Shown: positions 37,636-47,355 of the stretch, piece by piece | Numbering within the stretch: the stretch's first letter is position 1 | Layout of the letters: each line of letters opens with the position of its first letter | NCBI GenBank assembly: GCA_963803145.1 | Contig: CAWDLW010000044.1 | Coordinates: 1-48,226 of the forward strand | Source: Methanotrichaceae archaeon | Lineage (GTDB): Archaea; Halobacteriota; Methanosarcinia; Methanotrichales; Methanotrichaceae | Direction of reading: 5' to 3' | Length of the DNA: 48,226 nucleotides | Program-made: the position numbers and the translations under genes | The notes under the pieces: model-generated | What the model was told of the DNA's origin: nothing | The model's database searches: none | The model's input: only the letters and a program-made list of their open reading frames with translations

Positions 37636-37917
37636 TTATCCCTCCACCAGATCGAATTTGCCAGCCCTAATGCCGGCACGGTTATGGGCTTTCTTACATA
37701 CTGTGCAGCGGTACCTTAAGTTCAGCCTCTTCGTGGGCTTATCGCCGCCGGGAACTTTGGAGAACTTGCCTTGGTTCCCAATTCCATTTGCTCTGAGCTT
37801 CTGCCTCGCTATGTGAGTCATTGATGAGGCCCTGCCCTTCCTAACACGCTCCACATTTTGGAGTGTGTGCTTGTTGCAGAATGGACAGTGAGCTCTGATC
37901 TGCTTTGGCATCTTCAC
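37636..37917 (-). CDS. rpl44e: 50S ribosomal protein L44e
   Basis: [19 protein letters not shown]. Confidence 0.96.
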   Translation of the reverse strand: MKMPKQIRAHCPFCNKHTLQNVERVRKGRASSMTHIARQKLRANGIGNQGKFSKVPGGDKPTKRLNLRYRCTVCKKAHNRAGIRAGKFDLVEG

Positions 37918-37923
37918 TTGAAA

Positions 37924-38508
37924 TCATCTCTCAATCTTCACTTGTACAGCTAAATTTTTATTGCGTAGGTTTCTGGCATGAACCGCCGGGAGCGCGACAA
38001 CATCATCCTTGGAGAGGAGATAGTTTCTCCCATTCACTCCTACAAACATAGGAATACTATCCAGTAACCTCACGGTCTCGTATTCCGGAGTTATATCTTT
38101 TTTGCCCATTAAAGGCCTTTCGGTGCGAGATACATGGACGAGAATTGTCTCGCGACCTTGGATGACCGCAGAGAGCATCTGAGAGTAAATCTGCTCCTCC
38201 TCATTGGTCATTCCCGGTAAGGCCGCATCCTGGGAGGCAGAGCGAGCATTTCTCACTACCTTGCGAACGATCTTCTTAAGCCGGTGGTCGATCAGCTTGT
38301 TTAAGCTGCTTCTCTCGCTCTTGAGGGCATCCTGGAGTATCTGCGCCTCGACGCTATAGGGGTCACTGATCTTCGAGAGCTCCTGTTCAAGGCCGGTCAG
38401 ATAAGCGCCAACATGCTCGTAGAAGTTTTTATCGAGCTCCAGGAGTTCCGCGCCCTTCCGCTCCTCACGGAGAGTATTTGCAAGATCCACATTCCCCTCC
38501 TCAATCAT
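37924..38508 (-). CDS. GINS complex subunit (Gins51/Gins15)
   Basis: L..L..NFY, R..KI, FVGVNGRNY.L..DDVV.LP...A..L B-domain; conserved position between priS and rpl44e. Confidence 0.85.
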   Translation of the reverse strand: MIEEGNVDLANTLREERKGAELLELDKNFYEHVGAYLTGLEQELSKISDPYSVEAQILQDALKSERSSLNKLIDHRLKKIVRKVVRNARSASQDAALPGMTNEEEQIYSQMLSAVIQGRETILVHVSRTERPLMGKKDITPEYETVRLLDSIPMFVGVNGRNYLLSKDDVVALPAVHARNLRNKNLAVQVKIER

Positions 38509-38567
38509 TAGTAGCCTTTAAAGCGGGATTATTATCATCAATCAAATAGTATATAGAGTTATCACCA

Positions 38568-39749
38568 TCAAAAACTTTGCCCAAGCTCCGCCACCCCACG
38601 TGCCATCAGGAAAACTGCTGCACATGCGGGCACCTCTGTTCTGCCCTCCTCTAGCTTGTAGCTTTCGCCACGAATCTCAGTGCTGAAAGGCCTAGTGATC
38701 TCAACTGGAACAGGCTCATCCCCGAAGATAACTGCATCCATGAGAGGTTCAAAGCTCTCCAGGCTTTTCAAATTCAAAGGCGTTACCCTGAACCCAGATC
38801 CGCCATGAAGACTGCCTGGGCAGCGAATTAGCCTGCGAATGTCTGCTGTTACAGGCTCATCTGTCTCTCCCAAACCTTCAACGAATAATTCCTTGATATA
38901 TGGCATGACCATTTTCCACGAAGTTGAACTGCCATAAAATGCATCAAGATTGCCAGCGCGAATATCTCTGGGCGCTTGCTCTGCCATAAGATACTCGTAG
39001 AGTTTAACGGCACGAACCTTCTTTATTCCCTTAATTTCCATGAGCTGCTCTATCGCATGCTCTTCATCCATATGACGAATGTCTTCTAAAAACTGCAAAA
39101 TTGCTTTATTAAACCTGCCTGCCCATCCGGCTGCACCTTCCTGTGGGCATCTGAGGGCGAGAACTTTGCCTACGCCCAAATCGCCTGTAACTACATCTTT
39201 TTTAAAGAATTTATCGAAATCCAGTCCTCTGCCGGTAAGGTAGTCCACGATCTCCCTGCGCTCATCGCTTCCTAAACCTAGGACTCTACGGTCTCGGACA
39301 TGAATATGATACCCTCTACCGCCAGAGAAGACGATGCTGATATTGTTCTCTGAGAATCCGAGGTCTGCTGTGAGATAATTCAGAAGCTTCAAGGTCTCTT
39401 CTTTTACAAGATTAAGCATTTCGCTGTAAGATTTTGGAGCGTTTCTTAGGTGATCTGCATCAAGATCGAAGATTAGATCAGCGCCCTGCCAGTCCTTCTC
39501 CTTCATCGTTGGCGCAGCAGGACGCTTGTAATAAGCTGCTGAATGGTAAAGGTGTGCCGGAACCATGCTCCTGACATAATCTATAATCTCGCCCCGGTTC
39601 ATGTATGATTTATGACGGCGCATGCCTACATCATCAAATAGTATGAAACCCCATTCACGGGATTCGAACCCTGGAGGCAAGTCTAAGGACGTCGAGAGGT
39701 AGTATTCTCTGAATTTGGATATCAGGAAATTCCTGGTCAAGATCTTCAT
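38568..39749 (-). CDS. priS: DNA primase catalytic subunit
   Basis: REWGF, DLIFDLDADH, FSGGRGYHIH, DE.VT.DI.RLIR.PGSLHG. Confidence 0.96.
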   Translation of the reverse strand: MKILTRNFLISKFREYYLSTSLDLPPGFESREWGFILFDDVGMRRHKSYMNRGEIIDYVRSMVPAHLYHSAAYYKRPAAPTMKEKDWQGADLIFDLDADHLRNAPKSYSEMLNLVKEETLKLLNYLTADLGFSENNISIVFSGGRGYHIHVRDRRVLGLGSDERREIVDYLTGRGLDFDKFFKKDVVTGDLGVGKVLALRCPQEGAAGWAGRFNKAILQFLEDIRHMDEEHAIEQLMEIKGIKKVRAVKLYEYLMAEQAPRDIRAGNLDAFYGSSTSWKMVMPYIKELFVEGLGETDEPVTADIRRLIRCPGSLHGGSGFRVTPLNLKSLESFEPLMDAVIFGDEPVPVEITRPFSTEIRGESYKLEEGRTEVPACAAVFLMARGVAELGQSF

Positions 39750-39780
39750 GTTCTACCTCCGGCAGGTTTATGGCACCTTA

Positions 39781-39871
39781 ATATCTAGACCATGATATCT
39801 AAATATCTCGATGCCTAGATATATCGTTGCCTCAATACCCAATATCTCAATCCCTATATCTCAATATATCT
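39781..39871. repeat. degenerate ~8-bp-period repeat tract (ATATCT/ATGCCT/ATACCC units) upstream of priS
   Basis: GATATCTA AATATCTC GATGCCTA GATATATC GTTGCCTC AATACCC AATATCTC AATCCC TATATCTC. Confidence 0.55.
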
Positions 39872-40583
39872 CCGGCCTTCTATCTTCGAAGCATGTTACC
39901 TCTTGCCTAAATTGGTCACGCCTCTCCAGATCTATCTTGCCTACAATTGCCGCCTCATCCTGCCCTGCCTCAGCCAGTACATTTCCACATGCATCGATGA
40001 TTATCGAGCCGCCGGCCAAAGACCAGTTGCAAGCGATATGAGGAATTTGATTCTCTATTGCTCTTGCGATGCATAGTGTACGCCAATGTGCCTTTCGAAC
40101 TGCAGGGAATTGGGCTACGGTAACAAGAAAATCCGCACCCTGAATGGCTAGGGAGCACGCTACTTCAGGAAAGCGAAGGTCGTAGCAGACTTCGAGGCCG
40201 ATCTTTCCCCACGGAGTTGTTACTGGAGCTATGAAATCTCCGCCCCTGAAATGCTCCTTTTCCTTGTTGAATGGATGTACTTTCGGCCGGAACTGAATTC
40301 CCCCGGAATCCAGGCAGAAGCCAAGGTTGTATTCGCCGCTGATTACTGATCCGATTATAAGGCAGTCTCGCTCTTTGGCAAATGCTCTGAAGGGCTCCAG
40401 AAAGGGATCCGGCGTAGAGTACTGCGCGAATTGCTCATAGCAAAAGCCTGTTAGGAAAAGCTCTGGAAATACAAGGATCTCTGCTCCTAGCTCCATAGCA
40501 GATTCCGCGAGCTTTAGTGCTCTTCTAGCGTTGTCCTCCCGCAGACATTGATCGACCCTAAGCTGAAGACAGGCTGCATTCAT
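39861..40583 (-). CDS. carbon-nitrogen hydrolase (nitrilase/omega-amidase family)
   Basis: FPELF (E), KVH (K), VCYDLRFPE (C) triad, ARAIENQ. Confidence 0.92.
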   Translation of the reverse strand: MNAACLQLRVDQCLREDNARRALKLAESAMELGAEILVFPELFLTGFCYEQFAQYSTPDPFLEPFRAFAKERDCLIIGSVISGEYNLGFCLDSGGIQFRPKVHPFNKEKEHFRGGDFIAPVTTPWGKIGLEVCYDLRFPEVACSLAIQGADFLVTVAQFPAVRKAHWRTLCIARAIENQIPHIACNWSLAGGSIIIDACGNVLAEAGQDEAAIVGKIDLERRDQFRQEVTCFEDRRPEIY

Positions 40584-40634
40584 ATCAAAAAGAGGGCAAG
40601 TTCGTATATATCAAGATAGATACATCATAATTGA

Positions 40635-41435
40635 ATGGATCAGAGCTATAAGCGGCACGTCTATGATATCCTTGAACTCTCCGATCCTGAGAACAGGGCA
40701 ACGGAGATCATAAACTTCTTTCTGCTGGCGCTGGTCGTTCTCAATGTAATTACTGTCATACTTGAGTCTGTAGAAAGCATTGATCGCGCTTATAGAGATA
40801 TATTTCAATTATTCAGCGACGTCTCCATAATCGTATTCACTATAGAGTATCTTCTTAGGGTCTGGGCGTGCGACGTGGATAAGAAGTATAGCCGCCCGAT
40901 CCTTGGAAGACTGAAATACGCTCTGACGCCGCTGATGCTGATAGATCTAATGGTCTTGCTGCCTTTTTATGCAGTATTCATCTTCCCAAGAAGTAGATTC
41001 CTCAGAAGCCTGAGAATCCTGTGGACGTTCAGGCTGATCAAAGTAAGCAGATATTCAAAGTCGCTGCAGACTATTATTGATGTTGTCAAAGCCCAAAGGG
41101 ACCAGCTGGCGATGAGCTTCACTGCGATAATATTTTTTATGGTGCTGTCATCAACCCTTGTCTACTTCCTGGAGCATAACGCCCAGCCCAAGAATTTTCC
41201 TGATATCCCTGCAACAATGTGGTGGGCGGTACTAACAATGACCACTATCGGAGAGAATGTGTATCCGATAACGCCTCTAGGAAAGGTCATTGGTGCGCTG
41301 ATAATAATATTGGGGGTTGCTACATTCGCGCTTCCTACATCCATATTGACATCAGGCTTTGTAGATGAGCTTGAGAGACAGCGCGAGGATGCTCGAAAGA
41401 AAGAAGAAAAAGATGAGCAAGAAAGAGATTTCTGA
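40635..41435 (+). CDS. 6-TM voltage-gated ion channel homolog with non-canonical filter
   Basis: FTIEYLLR, IDL..LLPFY, S4 RFLRSLRILWTFRLIK, WWAVLTMTTIGENVYP pore region. Confidence 0.88.
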   Translation: MDQSYKRHVYDILELSDPENRATEIINFFLLALVVLNVITVILESVESIDRAYRDIFQLFSDVSIIVFTIEYLLRVWACDVDKKYSRPILGRLKYALTPLMLIDLMVLLPFYAVFIFPRSRFLRSLRILWTFRLIKVSRYSKSLQTIIDVVKAQRDQLAMSFTAIIFFMVLSSTLVYFLEHNAQPKNFPDIPATMWWAVLTMTTIGENVYPITPLGKVIGALIIILGVATFALPTSILTSGFVDELERQREDARKKEEKDEQERDF

Positions 41436-41553
41436 TGATAGAGAAGCTTGATTTTGGACAGTAGCATATATCACATCAAGACAATATCTTTGAGAATCCC
41501 TTCCTTGATGCTTTGGCTGAATGGAAATCAATCTGCTGTTTTGAGCGTTTCGC

Positions 41554-41591
41554 TTTTATTCGAGAAAGCAATTTTTATTCGAGAAAGCAAT
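41554..41591 (+). repeat. 19-bp perfect tandem duplication
   Basis: TTTTATTCGAGAAAGCAAT x2. Confidence 0.85.
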
Positions 41592-41617
41592 ATAACAAGA
41601 TGGTCGGAGAATTGAGC

Positions 41618-42466
41618 ATGATCGGGAGGAATGCGGCTGCCGCTGTGGTGGTTGTTGTCATTGTTTTATTCTCTATTGCATATTATACATCTTTGAACAA
41701 CTACCAGAGCGAGAGCGATGATATTGACACCCTTTTTGTAACAGGTGACACGCACAACCCAGACCGCGTGGACATAGTTGTCTATATTCTTTCTTTGGAT
41801 CCTCAGCAAGATGAGGCCAGATTTCGTCTAACCCTGTATCCTAAGGGGAATCTCAGCAAAGACGGGCTGAGCAGCATATGGAACCTCAAGCTCATCGCTC
41901 CAGAAGCCTTACGCTCTAGCTCAGGAGGAGATGTCTTTGAGAAGGGATTGCCGCTTGCTTCTGTGGATCTATCCTATGTTTTAATGGGACAGGTCAACGA
42001 TTATCCCTTCGACAAGCATTTAGCGCAGCTGATCTTGGCCATCAACCGCACGGACCCCGATCTTCGCATTCCGTCCGCGGTTTATATAAAGGGCGGCGTT
42101 CATGGATATCACATTGAGCTGGAGCCCATCGCGGGCTTCTCCAAGTCGATGAATGCCATGAATATGACTGTAACCCGCTCCTCGACGGTTCAGGATGCAG
42201 CCATTGTCAGCATTGTGGTAATGTGGGCCATAGGAATTGGGATTTTTGCACTGATCTTCCGGATGCTTTTCGGATGGTACAACGCTAGCTTGCCGGAGTT
42301 GTTTGCCGGGCTGCTCTTCGGCTTGTACGGCCTGCGCAACTCCCTGCCCGACACGCCGCCCATCGGGGCCTACAGCGATTTTTTATCCTTCTTATGGGTG
42401 GAGGGATTAGTGGCTCTGGCTTTAGTGGTATCGATAATCGCCACATTCAAGCGCCGACCGACTTAG
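41618..42466 (+). CDS. membrane protein (DUF4436-like)
   Basis: N-terminal TM, YPFD motif, C-terminal TMs with LRN.LP..PPIG...D...F.WVE. Confidence 0.75.
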   Translation: MIGRNAAAAVVVVVIVLFSIAYYTSLNNYQSESDDIDTLFVTGDTHNPDRVDIVVYILSLDPQQDEARFRLTLYPKGNLSKDGLSSIWNLKLIAPEALRSSSGGDVFEKGLPLASVDLSYVLMGQVNDYPFDKHLAQLILAINRTDPDLRIPSAVYIKGGVHGYHIELEPIAGFSKSMNAMNMTVTRSSTVQDAAIVSIVVMWAIGIGIFALIFRMLFGWYNASLPELFAGLLFGLYGLRNSLPDTPPIGAYSDFLSFLWVEGLVALALVVSIIATFKRRPT

Positions 42467-42515
42467 GGTGGTGTACTCGAATCATTGAAAAGTCGCGGGA
42501 GTTCTCTGCATCCTC

Positions 42516-43226
42516 TTATTTCACCATCGCCTTCTTTCTCATGTCCTCGGGCATCTTTTCAATGGCATACCGAAGCGCGGTCCTGGGCATTTCTCCCTTT
42601 CGTTTCATTATGTAGTCATAGACCTCGCCCTGATGGCTTTTGCTTGCCTCCTTCAGCATCCAGCCATAGCCCTTCTGCACAAGATCGTCCTCATCATTCA
42701 GCAAGATATCCGAGATCTCAAACACATCTTCCAGGAACTTTCCTTTTCTTGCAGGAAGAATCAAAGTTACCGCCGAGGCGCGCCGAAGCCACCTGTTCTC
42801 AGATCTGGCCCAGCTCTTCAGATTTTTTATGTAATCAGGATACTGCTCGACGAATGCGCCGATGGTGTGGTTGCATAGGGTGTCGCATTTCGCCCAGTTG
42901 TCTACATAATCCTGGACCCACCGCTCGAATATCTGGAAATCATCCGGCTCGTAATCTTTCCTGATGGCGTAGGACCACTCAGAGGCGATGGCGGCCTCCT
43001 CGCCGAAGCCCGATTCCAGGAGCCTTTGGCATAAGGAGAAGATCTCTTGTTTCTCTTTGCCCTTTATTTCCCTGAAGTGTCTCTTAGCTATGTTTCTTAC
43101 AGCATCGGTCTTGACCCCGTAAAATTTCACCTCTTCTTTGAAGAAGCGATGAGCGCTATCCTTTGTCGTCTCATCCGCATTCTGCGCCAGCTCTTCCCTT
43201 ATTGCCTTCAGGACTTCAATTTCCAT
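42516..43226 (-). CDS. DNA alkylation repair protein (AlkD-like HEAT repeat)
   Basis: FYGV, NWAKCD, W.RRAS, VQKGYGWMLKE, RTALRYAIEK. Confidence 0.9.
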   Translation of the reverse strand: MEIEVLKAIREELAQNADETTKDSAHRFFKEEVKFYGVKTDAVRNIAKRHFREIKGKEKQEIFSLCQRLLESGFGEEAAIASEWSYAIRKDYEPDDFQIFERWVQDYVDNWAKCDTLCNHTIGAFVEQYPDYIKNLKSWARSENRWLRRASAVTLILPARKGKFLEDVFEISDILLNDEDDLVQKGYGWMLKEASKSHQGEVYDYIMKRKGEMPRTALRYAIEKMPEDMRKKAMVK

Positions 43227-43464
43227 TTTTGCACCAACGCATGATATTTTCTCACGGCCAAAAACTTTCGCTGTATGATCGCTGCCAAACGGGCATGATT
43301 GTGCTACTATCGATGATTATCGATGGTTATCGATAGTTATTCTTTCGCCATAATATCCATTTATCGCTCTCGGACGCTATCGCTCAGCCATAATATCTTA
43401 AATAATACTTCCTTCAACTCTGGTGAAAGCGGCACTTTCTGTAGTTTGGAGATGAGAAGTTCCC

Positions 43465-44232
43465 ATGAAACAATTCGTCTTAACCACTGCAGCGGGCAAA
43501 CGCTTAATTGCCAAAGCCATTGTCACTCACCCTGCCGTCCAGTCTGCGTTAAAATCCGGCACTGTTGCCGTCATCGCTGGAACCACTAACGGCTATGTTG
43601 CCGAGGAGATCCTGAAAAGCATAGACCAGGCGGATGGATTCTCCAGAAGACGGTTCTTCCGTGGAATTACCCTGCCGCCCTGGCGGCCAGCGACTGAGGC
43701 AGGACGGCTAACGGATGAGAGCGGATTTCCCGGCGATGTAATAATAGTAAACGGCATCTGGCAAAAGGGCAAGACGATCTTCGATGTAGTTGATGATCTG
43801 AAGGAGGGCGATGTCATTCTAAAGGGCGCAAATGCGCTCGACCTGCAGCGTCGCCAGGCCGCCATCCTCATCGGCCATCCTAAAGGCGGCACGATAGGCG
43901 CTGCTCTGCAGGCTGTGGTGGGGCGCCGTGTTCGTCTGATTCTACCAGTAGGATTGGAGAAGCGAGTTTACTGCGATCTGATGGAGCTGGCGATAAGGCT
44001 TGATGCGCCCGGAGCTCATGGGCCGAGGCTGCTGCCAGTGCCAGGAGAGGTCTTCACGGAGATCGATGCCATCTCTCTGTTAACGGGCGCAAAGGCTGAG
44101 CTGATAGCTGCGGGCGGCGTGGGCGGGGCTGAGGGCAGCGTGTGGCTGGCTGTCAGCGGTAGTGAGGAGCAGATGGATGCTGCGGAGATGCTGCTTAAAT
44201 CAGTTGTTTTAGAGCCTACATTTAAGTTGTAA
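43465..44232 (+). CDS. conserved hypothetical protein
   Basis: Long ORF with [39 protein letters not shown] glycine-rich blocks. Confidence 0.8.
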   Translation: MKQFVLTTAAGKRLIAKAIVTHPAVQSALKSGTVAVIAGTTNGYVAEEILKSIDQADGFSRRRFFRGITLPPWRPATEAGRLTDESGFPGDVIIVNGIWQKGKTIFDVVDDLKEGDVILKGANALDLQRRQAAILIGHPKGGTIGAALQAVVGRRVRLILPVGLEKRVYCDLMELAIRLDAPGAHGPRLLPVPGEVFTEIDAISLLTGAKAELIAAGGVGGAEGSVWLAVSGSEEQMDAAEMLLKSVVLEPTFKL

Positions 44233-44416
44233 GTAGCTAGAACTATCAAAAAGATTGCACCAGCAAATAGGGAGACCCGCATATCAACTTGCCCTGACAT
44301 CTTAGCATCGGAAACAAGCAAAAATGCTTTAGGACGGAGGCAGAATAGGATAGCTGAACGAACTCTGTACCATCAAGGCCTGGTTAAGCAATATGATTCA
44401 ATAAGAGGGAAACGTT

Positions 44417-45148
44417 GTGGATATCAAAATCCTTTACAAAATGGTCCAAGCTACAGCAGGTGCAGCTTCGAAAGCGCTGGATCCCAGCATTGGTTCAAAC
44501 CATGAATTTTATGATTATGGCGGCTACCCGATTTATATAGAACAGTATAATAAGTACCAGCATCTAACCGTCGAGCTCTTTGGCGATGAAGCACAAGCGC
44601 TATTCCCCCCATTGCTCCAAGGAGATTGGACACATCCTTCTGAAGAAAATGGCAGATTATGGCGCACGCATTTGGAAAACGTTTCAGTGCGTCTTGGACA
44701 ACTCGAAGCCTATTTACGATTAAAACTTGGAGATACAGAGGAACATGTGCAGGCCATCGTCGACTTAATCGAGGCTAATCTTCGTCCATCAATTTATAAC
44801 GACCCGGATAAAGAAAAAGCCGTTCAGGATGTTCTTGAAACTATATTCCGTGCACGATCTCTCCCTTACCTCAGGGAAAAAGTCCATATCAAGTACTCGT
44901 CTAAGACTTTCGTACCGGATTTCACGTTTGATCCCTTGCACCTAGTGGCAGAAGCCAAACTTTGCAATCGAGAAGGAAGGGAGAAAGAGATCATTGATGA
45001 AGTCAATGCGGACATCCTGGCTTATCAAACGAAGTATAAGAGCCTTATATTTGTTATCTATGATCTGGGCTTCATTCGAGATGTAGCTCAATTTAGATCA
45101 GACATTGAGAAAAACCTAGATGTTCATGCAATTGTGATTAAAAAATAA
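44417..45148 (+). CDS. PD-(D/E)xK restriction-endonuclease-like protein (DpnII/MboI-like C-terminal domain)
   Basis: E..VQD, RE, PDF...EAK, D...Y, LIFVIYD pattern. Confidence 0.65.
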   Translation: MDIKILYKMVQATAGAASKALDPSIGSNHEFYDYGGYPIYIEQYNKYQHLTVELFGDEAQALFPPLLQGDWTHPSEENGRLWRTHLENVSVRLGQLEAYLRLKLGDTEEHVQAIVDLIEANLRPSIYNDPDKEKAVQDVLETIFRARSLPYLREKVHIKYSSKTFVPDFTFDPLHLVAEAKLCNREGREKEIIDEVNADILAYQTKYKSLIFVIYDLGFIRDVAQFRSDIEKNLDVHAIVIKK

Positions 45149-45167
45149 AATATCGATGTAATGAAAA

Positions 45168-45659
45168 CTATACTATCCTCTGCATCCACACCACATCAAA
45201 CTCCCGCCCATTCTTCCTCCCGATCCCTACAAAGCGCCCGCACTCCACAAATCCATTCCTCTTGTGGAATGCCAAGCTGCCTGAGTTTAGGGATGAGATG
45301 CTCGCCAGAATAGAAGTAATGCCTTTTTCCCTGGCCCAGCCCAGGAAGCAATCCAAAATCTGGCTGCCAATTCCCTGACCAATGTACTCTGGAGCGATGA
45401 AATAGGTTATCTCTGCTACCTGCGAGAAAACTGACATATGATCATGCGGATGGAGAAATCCAAAACCTAAGACTTTCCCGAAGCCATCTCTGGCCACCAG
45501 GAAGGGATATCCCTTGGCCATCTCCAAAAAGAGCGGGAAAAGCTCGTAAGGAACCTCGTTTTCAGGATATGCAGCGAAGCTGTTCTTCACATAGTGGTTG
45601 TAGATATCGATTATCGCTTTTCCATCTTCGACTGAGACTGGCATAAGCCTGTAATCCAT
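45168..45659 (-). CDS. GNAT N-acetyltransferase (phosphinothricin acetyltransferase-like)
   Basis: IYNHYV, GQGIGS, N..S..FH...GF, G.K.G..FDV.WMQ. Confidence 0.9.
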   Translation of the reverse strand: MDYRLMPVSVEDGKAIIDIYNHYVKNSFAAYPENEVPYELFPLFLEMAKGYPFLVARDGFGKVLGFGFLHPHDHMSVFSQVAEITYFIAPEYIGQGIGSQILDCFLGWAREKGITSILASISSLNSGSLAFHKRNGFVECGRFVGIGRKNGREFDVVWMQRIV

Positions 45660-45820
45660 AACTCCTTCCTCGTATCTTAATAGCATCTCGTTCATTGAAT
45701 AAATGAACCTATTTATCCAACACTGGCGCTTTGGCAGACGATCAATTGATAACGCTGAATGATTATGCGGAAAAAAAGTTATCTACTTCGATTCTAAAGG
45801 AGAAAAGGGGAAAATGAAAC

Positions 45821-46124
45821 GTGACTGTCTACATGATCATCGAGTCCAAGGTCAAAGACCCTGAGAAGTACGGCCAATACATCTCCAAGGTGCCGAGCAT
45901 TGTGGCGAAATATAGTGGACGATATCTTTGTGCGAGGCGGCAAAATTACAGCACTATTAGGAGGCGAATGGGCTCCTGAAAGGATGATTGTCCTGGAGTT
46001 TCCATCTGAGGCACATATCAGAGAGTGGCTTTCATCTCCCGAATATCAGGCAATTGCGCCGCTGCGTGAAGCTGGAGCGGAGATCAAAGCTGTGCTGCTG
46101 GAAGGATGCCAGCAGGAAGACTAG
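45821..46124 (+). pseudogene. DUF1330-family gene with +1 frameshift
   Basis: GTG-start frame VTVYMIIESKVKDPEKYGQY...KYSGRYL continues in the next frame as VRGG...VLEFPS...W..SPEYQ; extra T at 45927-45929. Confidence 0.8.
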
Positions 46125-46303
46125 ACATTGGATGGCTTTAGATTACGACCGCATTTAGAGCACAAACTCGCAGAAGCTTCATTTTCTGTGCCGCAATCAG
46201 GGCACTTTGTTGATGATATTAGTGATTTGCCGCATTGCAGGCAAAATTTTGAACCTAACATTAATGCCGCTCCACAAGAGGGGCAGCGATCCGATAAACC
46301 CAT
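46121..46303 (-). CDS. double zinc ribbon protein
   Basis: Four CxxC motifs (CPSCG, CLQCG, CPDCG, CSKCG). Confidence 0.8.
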   Translation of the reverse strand: MGLSDRCPSCGAALMLGSKFCLQCGKSLISSTKCPDCGTENEASASLCSKCGRNLKPSNV

Positions 46304-46562
46304 GATACCGCCTCGAAAAATAGGATTGTGGTGAAGCTTAAGCTATTTGCGGTCGTATGGGGAGTAAGGAAAATCATCACAGAACCGACTGAGGATGCAA
46401 AGCAACAGCATTCCGAAGCAATTTAACTGTGATTGAAAATAACTGAAGATCTCTGAAGGGATAAGATCACTAAAAGACACTGCTGAGAATCCAATTCTGA
46501 TGGAAAAAGATAAATACCGTAGAAGCTTTTTTAGCTGTGCTTGAATCGGGGATGGATAATTA

Positions 46563-47252
46563 ATGCCAGTTACCTTGAATAAGATAATTATTTGGGGCCG
46601 ACCCTTTGACGAATATGTGGAAATGTTTGGTTTATCGGGGGAAGACCTTGAAAAGCGATTCCTGGATTGTGCCAGTGGCCCAGCAAGCTTTAATGCAAGT
46701 CTTACAATGCATGGCGGCCGCATAATCTCAGTCGATCCCATTTATTGCCTCAGCTCTGATGAGATAACAAGCCAAATAAATGAAGCATATAATATGCTCA
46801 TTGGCCAGCTCAAAGAGAACATCGGAGATTTTTCAATGGGCCAGTATAACAACTCCGCCGATGAATATTGTCAGGTTCACATAAATGCGATGAAGGAATT
46901 CTTATACGACTACAATGATGGTCTGAGGGAAGGTCGCTATATACACGGAAGTTTGCCTACACTACCATTCAAGGAGGATGAATTCGATATTGCTCTGGTT
47001 GGAAATCTGCTTTTTGTCTACAGCCAGCAGCTATCTGAGGAGTTTCACCTCCAATCAATAATGGAGCTTTGCCGAGTTTCACCAGAAGTGAGAATATATC
47101 CCTTAATGGAAGTAGGAATTAGGAAGCCGTCAAGATACCTCGAATCGGTTTTAGATAAATTGAGGAAAGAGGGTTATAAGGCCAAAATAGTAAAAATACC
47201 TTTTGAATTCAAAAAAGGTGCAAACGAAATGCTTCAGATTACGGCGGTATAA
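46563..47252 (+). CDS. SAM-dependent methyltransferase-like protein
   Basis: LDCASGPASF, VDPIY, LP.LPF....FD. Confidence 0.8.
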   Translation: MPVTLNKIIIWGRPFDEYVEMFGLSGEDLEKRFLDCASGPASFNASLTMHGGRIISVDPIYCLSSDEITSQINEAYNMLIGQLKENIGDFSMGQYNNSADEYCQVHINAMKEFLYDYNDGLREGRYIHGSLPTLPFKEDEFDIALVGNLLFVYSQQLSEEFHLQSIMELCRVSPEVRIYPLMEVGIRKPSRYLESVLDKLRKEGYKAKIVKIPFEFKKGANEMLQITAV

Positions 47253-47355
47253 CTGGCCGTAGTCGTCAAGTCATCATTATTTCTCACATACATAAGAAAA
47301 GCTAAATAGAATGCAATTGATAACAGTAATCCAGTTTTTACCAGAGGTGAAGTAT

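Noticed and set aside
39655-39675. GGGATTCGAACC resembling a tRNA T-arm
   Set aside because: It lies inside priS coding sequence (PPGFESRE) and no cloverleaf can be built.
35752-39749. priS-GINS-L44e-S27e-aIF2a-Nop10-PAC2 cluster as a novel system
   Set aside because: This is a well-known conserved archaeal gene cluster.
41554-41591. 19-bp duplication as an insertion scar or regulatory array
   Set aside because: It is an adjacent perfect duplication with no intervening element, most simply explained by replication slippage.
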